The notes under the pieces are model-generated. The model was not told the DNA's origin, searched no databases, and saw only the letters and a program-made list of their open reading frames with translations. A stretch of DNA of 64,000 nt from Octopus vulgaris (Eukaryota), in contig OX597816.1 in assembly GCA_951406725.2 (NCBI GenBank), forward strand, positions 113,460,001-113,524,000, in the 5' to 3' direction. Below are positions 52,564-64,000 of the stretch, one piece after another (positions within the stretch are counted from its first letter, which is position 1; each line of letters starts with the position of its first letter). The position numbers were made by a program, and so were the translations under genes.

Positions 52564-54124
52564 AATTTCAACAGCATTGAAACAAGCTAATATTAGGAAG
52601 ATATTCTGTTGCATGGTATACAACAAATGTTTACCTAATCAAAGTCATATGTTATTAAAAAGGTAAAAAGAAGATCTATGTTGATATTTTGGTTTAAATC
52701 TGAGTGACTTCAGAGGCTTTGGTAGTATATGACTAAGTGTGCTTTTAGCATTTTGGAAATGATGGAGTTGGGTCTTCTCACTTTGATGAAAAGGTGCAAA
52801 CCACTACTGTAATTAATAAATATTTTATTTGTTTACAGTCTTCAGCTGAAAGCTTCTCAGAGGTGTAGTGCTACCAGAGTGCTATTCTGACACTTCTGTT
52901 AATAGTGTCACTTCCAAAATACAAATTTATTCATGTAGATACAAGAAAATTTGTGTGAAGATTGAATCTTCTTCAAACTTTTATATATCTTTAAAACTAA
53001 TTTATCCCAAGTGAGGTGTTTGTATGCATTTCAGCAGATGTTTGATGTAGAGAATGCTTGCTAATTAACTACATTTGTTCTTATCCACTGTTTCCAAATC
53101 ATCTAATTTTGTTTATAAAATTTTTCTTTTCAACACTTCCACTTGTATACTTTTGAAATCTTATTGATAGTAACAAGCAGAAAAGATATCAGAATTTGTG
53201 ATGTTGTATCAGTAGAGCAGCTTTTACAAATGGTTATCATGGACTCTGATAGTAAGGATGACATATCCAATGAAGACATTTTTATGAACTTTTTCAATCT
53301 GTGTGCACTGTGGGCCCTGTTGTCTTCTCTGATTCAATCCCATTAATAAGATTACATACATTTGCAGTGAATGATTGTCTGTGGCATTACTGTCTGATAC
53401 AAAAGTAAATTTTTCTCACAACTCTAAGCTATTATTATTGATTTCAAATTTTGGTACAAAACCAGCAATTTTGAGAGAGAGGATAAGTCATGTTACAACT
53501 AGTACTTATTTTGTTGATCCTAAAGGATCACAAGCCAAGTCAACCCTGGTGGAATTTGAAATCAGAACATAAAGAGCTGGAAGAAATGCTACAAAGCATT
53601 TTTTCCAGCATGCTAAGGGTTCTGCCAGCTCACCATGAAACAGGTAAATGGCATTGAATGTTTATAACAAGATTCTCAAACTTCAAAACCTCAAAGTATG
53701 TATAAAATGTGTGTCCTCAGTAAAGGCTACTGGCTTGCTGAAACATCACCTAATTATGGAGAAGGTTTAATATCATCTATCTGTAAAAGCTGTAAGTTTT
53801 TCCTTATATATTAAATGCCTTTAGAGCTTATGTGAAGAATCATAAACATTGCATCCTTTTAAGATATGTCCTCTTACCGAGCAAATTACAACTTACATCT
53901 ATTTGTCCTGTTGATTACAAGAGGGGATTCAAACACATGAACATTATTGCAGCAACAAATGCTTGATAAATCTCATAAACCATGTTTTTTTAAATCAGAG
54001 TGAACCTCCTTTAGTTTAGTGATCCTCTGAAATGTCTATAACATAATGATTGCAGTACCACAGATCAACAAATAACATTAGAGTAAGAGTTGGTTCTGAG
54101 CCTAGACACAAATTACACCTGATC

Positions 54125-54525
54125 CTTTTACCTTTTAGCTATAACTTGTTTCAGTCATTAGACTGCAACCATGCAGGGGCACTGCCTTGAAGAATTTTTA
54201 GTCAAATGAGTTCACTCTGGTACTTTTTTTTTTCAAAGCTTGGCACTTATTCTATTGGTCCCTTTGCTAAACTGCTGAGTTATGGGGATGTAAACACACC
54301 AACACTGGTTGTCAAGTGGTGGTGGGGAGAAACACAGACACAAAGTTACACACACACACACTTGATGGGTTTCTTTCAGTTTTTGTCTACGAAATCCACT
54401 GAGAAGGTTTTGGTCAGCCTGAGCTATATGAGAAGACACTTGTCCAAGGTGCTATGCAGTGGGATTGAACCTAGAACCATGGGGTTGGGAAGCAAGCTTC
54501 TTATCATACAGCCATGCCTGCGCCT
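54125..54525 (-). mobile_element. Full-length SINE, main family
   Basis: Reverse complement of the 41427-41850 structure. Confidence 0.85.
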
Positions 54526-56259
54526 CTGTGGAAATTTTTGTAACAATTCTCTTTGATGGTATTTGTTGATTTACCTTTATATTGGTAAAATGTAAAACAC
54601 CTAATTACCTGCTATTTTTAATTGCCTGCTAATTATATTTTGTGAGCATCTGACAACTTGTTCAACACGTTGCCAATAAGTATTACTACTTATTGTACCA
54701 CTTATACACTGAAATCTTGTTAACATTTGAACTATCAGTGATAGTTGGGTGTATAATATATACAGAGGGAAGATATAGGAAATGCTAAGCATTTTGTCAG
54801 ATCTGTCACTTAATAAATTAGTATTGCACACTTAAAACTTCCTTTGGGTAATCATGGAACAGAGTGGTATTCCCTTACCACATCACGCTACTGCATCTAA
54901 AATTAAAGTAGTGGATTAAAGGACAAAAGAATATCATACTACAGAATACATGTTTTTAGTAAATGAGTGATTTTAGTATTGTATATTCTGTAGTTAAGTT
55001 TTTAGCAGGAAGTATACTTTATAAGATGATTTAAAGATTTTCTATTAAGAGATGTCTGCAGACTGTAATTATTATTAACGACACTTTCTAAATACTGCTT
55101 ATGTACAAATACTCATTATTTATCCACTAATAAGTAAGTTAAAATAAAACATGTTATGTTAAAATTAAGCAACAAGGTTTGATACTTTTAACAGTAGCAA
55201 AAGTAAACATTTCCAATGAATAAAAATTTATACCTTAGTTTGGAGAATTATAATTTCATTGAAATACATCCTGTACCTCTCAGGTGACTATTCAGTCTCA
55301 TTGCAGATCTGCATGGTTTGAAGCATAGGTGACAAACAAAAGTAGAAGCTTACTGTGTGCTTTTCACTGGTTATTTCGGCACAGGTCACCACTCTTCTTA
55401 TGCCAAAACTCTTGCAGTAGAGGGAATGAGAAATGAGGTGATCCTAAAGAGACATCTGAGACATCTGTACATCATTGAACTGTAGTGGCAAAGGCTTATA
55501 CGACACAAGAAGTACTCACCCAGTTTCTATGACTAGTACCTAGTGACAGTCTGAAGTAAGAGGACCAGCAATCACATGAAACCACAGGTTTTATATTAGA
55601 GTATCCCTGTGACAACAGCTAGGGGCCATTACAGCTAGTGGTTTTACTTTTTGCCATAATACTAACCAAGAGTATTTCCGTGCCTCCATGCTTAGGTGGA
55701 ATGTCATCATGTATGCTAGTTAGTCCATAGCTGGGATCTGACAGGTGCTACTCCTCTGGGTCAGAGTAGACCTGGAAACAGTAGTAGTTAAGAAGTGGTT
55801 CCATGCTCCTCAAAACCCTGGAGCTCCTGAACCAGAGGCCTACAACTAGATGCAGTCTAAAGACATACTCAGGACTGGCAGCCAGTATGTTGTAGCTCTG
55901 AGGAAAATGAAGAAGATTCTCTACTTTTTTTCAATTGATTGATTATAGATTGATTGCTAAATGTGATTAATTTTATTAGAAACATGTAATCTAAGTAGAA
56001 TAAATGTACAAAAATCCATTATATTCACTATCTGTGTGCATTTTCTGTATTACTCTGTAGCAACATACCAATTTTACTTGGTGACTATATCTCAGTTTTA
56101 CAAATTGGACTGGTAACAGCTTGTTAAGTTCAGATTACCTGGATTCCTACATCTATTACAAGACAAATTGTTAGCCTGGTGTACCTTCTTGTACAGAGAG
56201 TTTATTAAGTATATCACCTGGATTATTAATCTTTCTTTCCTTTTAATATATATATATAT

Positions 56260-56763
56260 AAATAAAGTGATGTAAAAGGCCAAGCTGAGTAACCTAATGG
56301 ATACCATCACTGTAAGGCAACAGAAGCTGCTCAGTATGTGTCCACAAAGTGATCAGTGAGAGCCACTCTTGGGTTGAAACCAAAGCGGAAATGTAGGAGG
56401 TGAGACAGACCTGTTAAGACAGCTGAATACTGTAGAGAATGACCTTGCAGATATGAGCAAGCTTGGTAGCAGAAATTGCAACCATAGCCTTAGTTCTTCC
56501 CATTCCTTATTGGGCTTTAGGTGATGAGAGATCTCTATTCAGCATAGTTACAATACCTGCTACCAAACTTGGCTCTTATCTGCAAGGTTATCTTCAACAG
56601 TATTCAGCTAGGTATTGACAGGTCTCCTATGCTTCTTCTTTGGCTTTGAACCAAAAGTGGCTCTCACTGGCCACTTTGTGGGCACACACTGAACAGCTTC
56701 TGTTGTCTTACAGTGATAGTATCCATTAGGTTATTCAGCCTGGCCTTTTACATCATTTTATTT
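56260..56763. repeat. Long inverted repeat (about 225-bp arms, about 58-bp spacer) formed from two RTE-like C-terminal segments tail-to-tail
   Basis: 56260-56485 is complementary to 56544-56763; the right arm continues into minus-strand RTE coding sequence. Confidence 0.85.
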
Positions 56764-58678
56764 GAGATGTTGTCACACCAAGAAGTTCTTAACACGGTCT
56801 TCAGGTATCACCTGTGGAATCTATTTGCAGTTCTATAGATTCTATTGGTCTTTGCCCTCATTTCACAAATACAAGCCAGTGTTGGCATAATAATGGACAT
56901 ATATAAGCAAAATTTGGTATCTTTGTTGATGGAGGTGTTGTACAATACAGACTTTAGACACTGTTTCCATTGTTAGTGCTATTACTGCCCAGGCATATAA
57001 GCATAGGCAGTGATCTCTGGAGTTTGGTTCTATAGCCAGACATGTTTCTGTTATGCCTCACCAATAATCATCACTTTCAGTTTCCCATTTCTGATCTACA
57101 GACCAACCTTTGAACTATTGTTGCTGTGACTTGTCCTCATTTGTTATAGGTGCTGTACTATAGATGTGTTAAGGAGTTCCTGATTGTCAATATAGTCAAG
57201 GTCAGTGATTTTTCCTGACCTCTTTTGATATTGTATACTGGATCCCATATGGAATTCGTGATGATGAAGTCTACCACCAGCAGAAACAAAAATGGAAATG
57301 TACACATCCCTGATTCATCATTATGATGATGTTAAACCCTTCTTATTTCTTTCCCATTTTTGATTCTGATGCAGCACCCTGTTCTCTGGTAAAGTGATTG
57401 CATAATGTTGATATAATATGTATGCACTCCATACAGTATGACAATCTATTATAGAGGTTCACTATGTATGTTGTCAAGATGTCAAGGACCTTCTTAGAGT
57501 CAATAAAGCTGGCTACAGATAGCTGCTGGAACCCTTGACTTAGTTCAATGATGTATGGTGTCGAGATATATTTATTGCATGACCTTCTACTCCTGAATCC
57601 CACCTGTTCTTCTTGAAAATGTTCATTTATTATCTACTTCAGATGGTTAAGGACAGGGCAGAACTCTTCACCAAGGGCATGCAACAGGTTGTGGCAGTTG
57701 TTGCGTTCACTTAGAGCTCCTTTCTTAGTAATGTTACCCTCCCTCTCATCCCCATGCCTCAGCTATTTCCTTTTAGTGTCATATTAAGTTGTAGATGTAT
57801 CCCAAAATCCACTAAAAGCCTCCATTGTGTGAAGTCAGAGATATAAACTACATCCAGCCAGTTCAAAACTTGGAAATATTCCATCCATTGGTTGCTGCTC
57901 CTTCTTTCTTATCAATGGGTGACTAGCCTTACTCTTTTGGTACACATGAACCCTTTCTTGCTATTGTCAGCTCTTTCATGACTCTCTACGGACATTTGGT
58001 GTCATTTCCCACTGTTACCTTTGTGCCTTTCTTCTCACACCATATACTCTTGTCCCTCCTACAACTTTTCATACACTGAGCTGTTTATTAATTCTGTTTT
58101 GTTGTTTACATGTGCATTCATCCTTTGCTTGGTTCTGTTTAGTTTTTACTTCTTCCTTCCTGTTGATCATGTTTCATAAGGATATAAAGATCTATCATTC
58201 CTGAATGTTACTTTGCTTGCATCCAAGTAATTTGCCAGCATTTAGTGTGGTGATCTGTTGAAAATGAGTCCCCTGTCCCTCATGATCAGAGTTTCTCTAA
58301 AGCTTGAAAATTCTTCTTCACCTTTTCAGGGAACCTGCTCAAAATTACTGCCTGCTTGAGAGCTTCCATTGCATGGACAGCATGCTATAATATGACATTA
58401 AGCTGGTGATGAATAAATTCATTGTTTAACTGCACAGTGAAAGTATATTCTCCATAGTGAGACCTCATGGTTTAGTCACCATCAACACAAAGGTATTGTG
58501 GTACAAAGGCAGCTGGTATTGAGTAGCTGCTGCAGGCTCAATGCTGGTAACACTTTTCTGCCCACAAGTGTATTCACAATGCATCAAGAATGAGTTTGAC
58601 TACATTATTGTTAATATTTGGTGATGGCCATTCTTGTAGGATATTCACACTCACAGTGGGGCAGATATTGACTCAGAT
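56544..58678 (-). mobile_element. Old RTE/BovB-like LINE with an inverted 5' endonuclease segment
   Basis: Minus: EEQVGFRSRRSC...FIDSKKVLD, KKGALSERNN, and DTKFCLYMSIIMPTL...RTSWCDNISNK; plus (58415-58678): GNTF...NEFDYIIVN...GADIDSD. Confidence 0.8.
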
Positions 58679-59460
58679 GGTTGGAAGGATCATCATCACC
58701 ATCACTTAACATCCATTTTCCATGCTGGTAGCATGAGTTAGATGGTTTGATAGAATCTAGCAAACTGCAAGGTTGTGTTGAGCTCCAGTATCTGCTTTGG
58801 CACAATTTCTATGACTGGATGCCTTTCCTGGTGCCAACCACTTCATAGCCTGTACCAGGGTACTTATTTTCATGTTTCAGCACTAGTGAGGCTGCAGTAC
58901 AGCTTGCGAAATTCTCTATTTCTTATATTTATAGGGAAAGTTTTGTAATTTCAAGTAAATATTTAACAATGACATAATATCAGATTTTGGAAAATACTTA
59001 TACTTTTTAGAAATCATTTTATAGTCTTTTTATATTTGATATGTTACACTTCAGTAAATTGTAAAATAAATGAAAGAATTAAAATTTCAATTTCAGTTTC
59101 CATAAAAATTTTCAATCCATATCAAGTAGACTCTTCAAAGCTAAAATTTTATCATTGTACATTTTTTTTATGTTGAATGACAAAAAAGTTATGAAGATAG
59201 TTTATAAATTCTTAGCTCAATGAAATCATTGAAAATATTTTGCTTTAGATGTTGATTATTTTAAATATCAATGAGGTTTCAGGGAAAACAATAGTATTAT
59301 ATAGTATTATAATACTTCTTGTATTCAGTTTCTTGTAATTACTAAGAAATTAAGAAAGCAGCTGAACGTTAAATATACTTACATTTAAAACAAAATGACA
59401 TAGTGCCAAAGTCATGCACTTGGTGTTTTGTTTGACAGAACAAGAATATTTTCTTTCATT

Positions 59461-59700
59461 TTGGGATTTGGTTTGAAAGATTCTTTATGTGAGTTCGTGT
59501 GTTGAAGCATGTTCTGTTGTGTCTGGGGAGAGTCATTCTCTTTTGGTGCCTTATAATTTAACACACTCACAGTTTTGAAAACTATTGAACAGGTTGCAAG
59601 ATGCAATGAAAACTTTAGAAAAATAAAAAAGAAATAAGTGGAAATTTTACTGGTGAGTGTGTTAAAGGCACCAAAAGAGAACGACTCTCCCCAAACACAA
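59461..59700. mobile_element. Short insertion with an internal inverted duplication and putative 19-bp TSD
   Basis: Arms 59517-59570 and 59653-59700; flanking direct repeats aagaatattttctttcatt (59442-59460) and aagaatattttcctttatt (59701-59719). Confidence 0.65.
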
Positions 59701-61429
59701 AAGAATATTTTCCTTTATTGTATTTGGAATAAAAATGTAAACATATTAGAGCTTTAATGCAAATGTCAATCTAGGGTTAGAAATTTAAGTATCATCTAAT
59801 TATTAAATATTGCAAATGAGAGACGTTTTTTTAAAGACAAAATCAATACTTTAAAAAATTTTTATCTTTATCATTTTAAAAAAGTAGTGTTTCATGTGAA
59901 AAACAGACAAGATTTTAGATTCAAAAATATTTTCAATGAAATTTATATATATTGTCACCATAATTGCAGTGCCCTAGTGTGGCCACAGCCCCTGGCTGAA
60001 ACCAATAATAGAATAACAGAATGATAATATATAACTATATGTAACTATGATTATGAGGCTGATGTACTGCAGACTGCACTCTACATGGTCCCTTGACCAG
60101 GTAGCAGCAAAATCTTGCTCAAATTACATTTTATTGTTCTAAATAAATTACTATATGGTTGAAATACTTTTCATCTTTGATTTGGTTGATTAGAGTTGAT
60201 GTGGATTAAGCAAAAATTACAGCTCTTTTTACTGATAACACCTAAAATGTATATTTTATATTTTCTTTTTTAAAATTTCTTGCAGGCAAAATCTAACAAG
60301 TACTTTTAATAAGTATGTGCAATGAATAACTCTTATTAGATAATAGACTAAAAGTCTGTATGATACATTGCTTTGTCTGAGAAGTTTCAATATAACAACA
60401 CTTTTAGTGAAGACATTTTGTTTCTAAATATTGTGGAAAATTGCCACTTTCACGAAACATATTGAGAGAAGTAGATGAAGATAATTCTCATTCTAAATTG
60501 AAATATTTATTGCATATGTCTGGTTTACAGTGTTATCCAATTGAGTATATGTTCAAATCAGACATAACAACACACACATTTTAGTCTACTGACAGCATTC
60601 CTATCTCTCAGAGAATTGTTGAAACTGCAACCCTGTATTCCAATTGGTCAAGTGCAATTCTTATAGGTAATGTTTCTATTGAACAGTAACAATTTGATTG
60701 TGGCAGCGGAAACATGGACAGGAAGGAACTATAAGACAGCCAATATTTTGGAAGAAAAGACTACACTGAATGGTTTTTGTTGAAAAGTGTAACATACTTC
60801 AAGATGTTAAAAAAATTGGAATTCTGTGACTATGTAGACCTTTGAGTAAGTTAATGCTAAAATATTCCAATTTCACACCAAGATACAGCCCAAAATACTA
60901 ATAGCATAGACCATTAGTCTTAGCCATTCTGCAGCACCAAATATAGCTGTAATTCTCATCTGTTTATTGAACTACACTGCCTACTTGTCCAGCAAACATA
61001 GACAGCTATTTTCCAGGATAACTGACAACAAAGTCATCCTTTTCAAATAGGATCCCTCTGTCCATTGATGGCTTGCCAGTTCTACATTGTCCCATATTCC
61101 AACCATTACCAACAGCTTTTAACAAATAAATAAAATTGATTACACACTCTGAGTACTCATTCTCCCATTTGTTTACACACACATGCACACACACTTGATT
61201 AGATATATGGTTGTAACAGTTAACACTTCACATCTAGTTTTTCAAATATCATTTTCCCAGTCATCAGACTGGATATGAATATATGATAGGTACAGGCAGC
61301 ATGACAATGTAGCTAAGAGGTTTGCTTCTGGACCACCCAATTCTTGGTTCAGTCTCACTGTGTGACAACTTGGACAAATATCTTCTATATATTATTTGCA
61401 CTCAGTAATACACCTATTGCTATCATCAT

Positions 61430-62370
61430 CTTCTCCTGGGTTTTTATCAAGATCATATCAAAGCAGCTTTAAAGACAATGAAATTAAGAGCAAAAACACC
61501 TGTTCTTTTGCTTTTATTGTTGATAAAAATGGCATCATCTGTAACTCTTCTAGGACTAAAACCAGCCTGACATTCTGTCATCACTTCTTTGGCTTTACTT
61601 TTCCTTATGTTGATGAAGATTCTACTAAACACTTACAAACTATTCTGTAGTTTTCAAGGTTTTGCTTGCAATACTTTTTATATATGATGGTGTTATCTGT
61701 ATACAGGCCCAGTCTTTTGTTCTCTTTTCCTGCTTTGCACATGATGTTGAACATTGTGTGTAACATATTAACTATGTTCTTTCTTCCTGCTTTTAGTACT
61801 TTAACACTAATATCATTTACAATAGGAGCTTTAAGTTTTAATTTTTTATTACCTTTCCTATTTCTATTTCTTCTTTTGTTATTTCTGAATGAGTATCCAC
61901 ACCAGATAGACCGTACAGATTTCTGATATTGCTTCCGGGTGGTGTAGGAATTTAGTGTTAAGGTGTTGTTGAAAACGATCTTTCAAATACTGAAGTACGT
62001 CAGCTGTGTTTGTATGTATGTTACTGTCTTTATCTTTGATTGCACTGTATATTTTTCTGCTCTTTCCTTCCATATCATGGACTGACTTAAAAAGGTTGTG
62101 ACTATTATTGTTCTTGAAATCAACTTCTAATAGTTTTATTTTGTCATGTAGGTTTTTGTTCTTTTGTATTTTAGCTGCTGTTTAGACTGCTTTGTTCTGT
62201 TCTTTGTAACGTTTGGCTTTGACAATATCGTCTGGGTTGTTCAACATTTCTGTTCTTGCATTTCGCTTTTGTTCACAGCATGTCTTTATTTCTAATAGTT
62301 GGTCTGTCACTTGTTTTGGAGCTTTCAAGCTGGCGGGATTTCATCTGTTATTTTGTTTGTTGTTTCTTTC
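61430..62370 (-). mobile_element. Decayed RTE-like LINE (linker and RT fragments)
   Basis: AIKDKDSNIHTNTADVLQYLKDRFQQHLN; ECQAGFSPRRVTDDAIF. Confidence 0.7.
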
Positions 62371-63092
62371 AAAGATGCATACACTTTGTATATGTGTGTG
62401 TATATGCATATGTTATATATGCATGTTTAGATCAATATGTGTTTGTGTGTGTGTGTATATGTGTGTGAAAGTATATATATATATATATATATATATATGT
62501 TTGTGTGCATCTATGTGCATCTCTGTCTGTCTTTTTCTATTTGTATGCATATGTATGTAGGTGTATGTTTTGCCATATGTGTGTAGTTGAGCATGCACAT
62601 GAATGTTTGCGATTCTGTATTCACATGTGTCATGAGAAGTTCAGGTATGTGCATGTATATCTCTGTATATATCCTTATGTGTACAAACATATGTATGTGC
62701 ATGCATATGGGGTTGCTTAAGAAGTTCACTTTCTGGCCACATGGTTTCAGGTTTTGTTTCACCTTGCAGCAACTTGGCAAGTGTATTCTACTATAGACCT
62801 AGGCCAACCAAAACCTTGTGAGTGGATTTGGCATTTGGAAGCTAAAAGAAAAAAAATTTATAAATATAAATTTAAAATTTTTAATTTAAATAATTTAAAT
62901 TTTAAATTTTATATTTTATATATTTTGTATATTATATTAATTATGTTTAGTTTTATGTTTTGGTTTATGTTTTTTAATTGTTTGATTTGCCTAATAGTGG
63001 TTTTATCTCTGATTTAATTTATATTTATACTGTGAAATTGGATTTAATCCTAAATCTAATTTTTCCCTGTAAGTTTGGATTTACTCCCTAAT

Positions 63093-63124
<32 letters not shown>

Positions 63125-63130
63125 TATATA

Positions 63131-63335
63131 TTGTCCAACCAGTTGCCATGATTGACCACTAACTCCAAAAAGATTTTATTCTCTCTCTGTTTATTTCCTT
63201 ATGTTTCTTTCTGTTGAAAAGCATAGACTCTAAACGTAAAAAACTTTCTCATCTTCTTGAGCATCAAAACTAATACACCTGCTTGTTGCTTATACACCTG
63301 TCTTCGTCTTTTGTTTTTCTGTAAATTTCAACTAT
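63131..63335 (+). mobile_element. (TA)n-flanked short element, Penelope-pLTR-like, with a very degenerate hammerhead-like motif
   Basis: ttgaaaa-gcatagactc-taaacgta at 63214-63238 resembles CUGAAGA-hairpin-GAAACGUA; (TA)n on both sides. Confidence 0.4.
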
Positions 63336-63342
63336 ATATATA

Positions 63343-63660
63343 TCTTAATATATAAAACTGAGAATGTGTGTCAGTCTGTGTGTCTGTCTGTCTGTGTGAA
63401 TCCCTAAACTCGAGAACTACACTACCAATTTCATTCAAATTTTACACATGCCTTACTTAGGGTACATGCAGTGTCATGGGCCAAAAATATTTTCAACTTC
63501 TTGCTTAATGCGAACCTGGAGCAATCTCTTATCTCTTACACCATTTCAGTATTATGTGTCAAAAGTGAAAGAACACCTCTATTGTAATGTGAGATACTTT
63601 CAGTTTAATAGTTTCACTATTAATACTGAAGCTATTAAAGCGAAACTATTATCTCACATA
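63343..63660 (+). mobile_element. Probable non-autonomous Helitron 5' portion
   Basis: Starts a/TCttaatatataaaa, followed by (gtct)n and ccaatttcattcaaattttacac, as in invertebrate non-autonomous Helitron 5' ends; no 3' CTAG/hairpin seen. Confidence 0.5.
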
Positions 63661-63766
63661 CATATACACACATATATTATGTGTATATATCACATATATA
63701 TGTATATATTTATATATATATATATTGATGTATATGTATAGATGTATATGTATATATATGCATGTA

Positions 63767-63806
<40 letters not shown>

Positions 63807-63832
63807 TAAATATATGTATGCATGTATATATG

Positions 63833-63879
<47 letters not shown>

Positions 63880-63911
63880 ACATATATATGTCTGTATATA
63901 TAGAGACAAAA

Positions 63912-64000
63912 ATTGAGTGCATAAACATTGAAGAAGATGTAATGCTGGCTATAGATGAGGTTGACACAAACTCAGCTATTGGCCCTGATGGAGTTCCAGT
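63912..64000 (+). mobile_element. CR1-type LINE RT fragment running off the window
   Basis: [29 protein letters not shown] (the xxGPDG motif preceding RT). Confidence 0.75.

Noticed and set aside
52810-53400. Possible decayed DNA-transposase coding remnant on the minus strand
   Set aside because: No motif could be read with confidence

Overview
Eukaryotic, very AT-rich, microsatellite-laden non-coding DNA. The repeat content (RTE LINEs with (GAT)n tails, tRNA-like SINEs, (TA)n/(CA)n arrays) looks cephalopod/Octopus-like; this is pattern recognition, not a database result. No intact host protein-coding gene can be supported, and most ORF-track entries are microsatellite or repeat artefacts. 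Recognisable protein remnants are all from transposons: a 2.7-kb 5'-truncated RTE LINE (RT plus PHD-like finger, 7423-10087), older RTE/CR1/L2-like fragments, and two mariner transposase relics. Non-coding mobile elements include two piggyBac-type TTAA MITEs, a probable Helitron 5' end and many SINEs. The most notable signal is a set of at least seven type-I hammerhead-ribozyme folds (CUGANGA / GAAA / NUH core, stems checked by eye). They lie in several unrelated short elements that mostly abut (TA)n tracts and are arranged as inverted fold-backs or a 303-nt tandem unit, i.e. Penelope-like pseudo-LTR or retrozyme-like elements. Also notable: a twin-priming-type 5' inversion in an RTE copy, a covarying stem-loop at the RTE 3' end, and an isolated pre-miRNA-like hairpin at 22096-22149.
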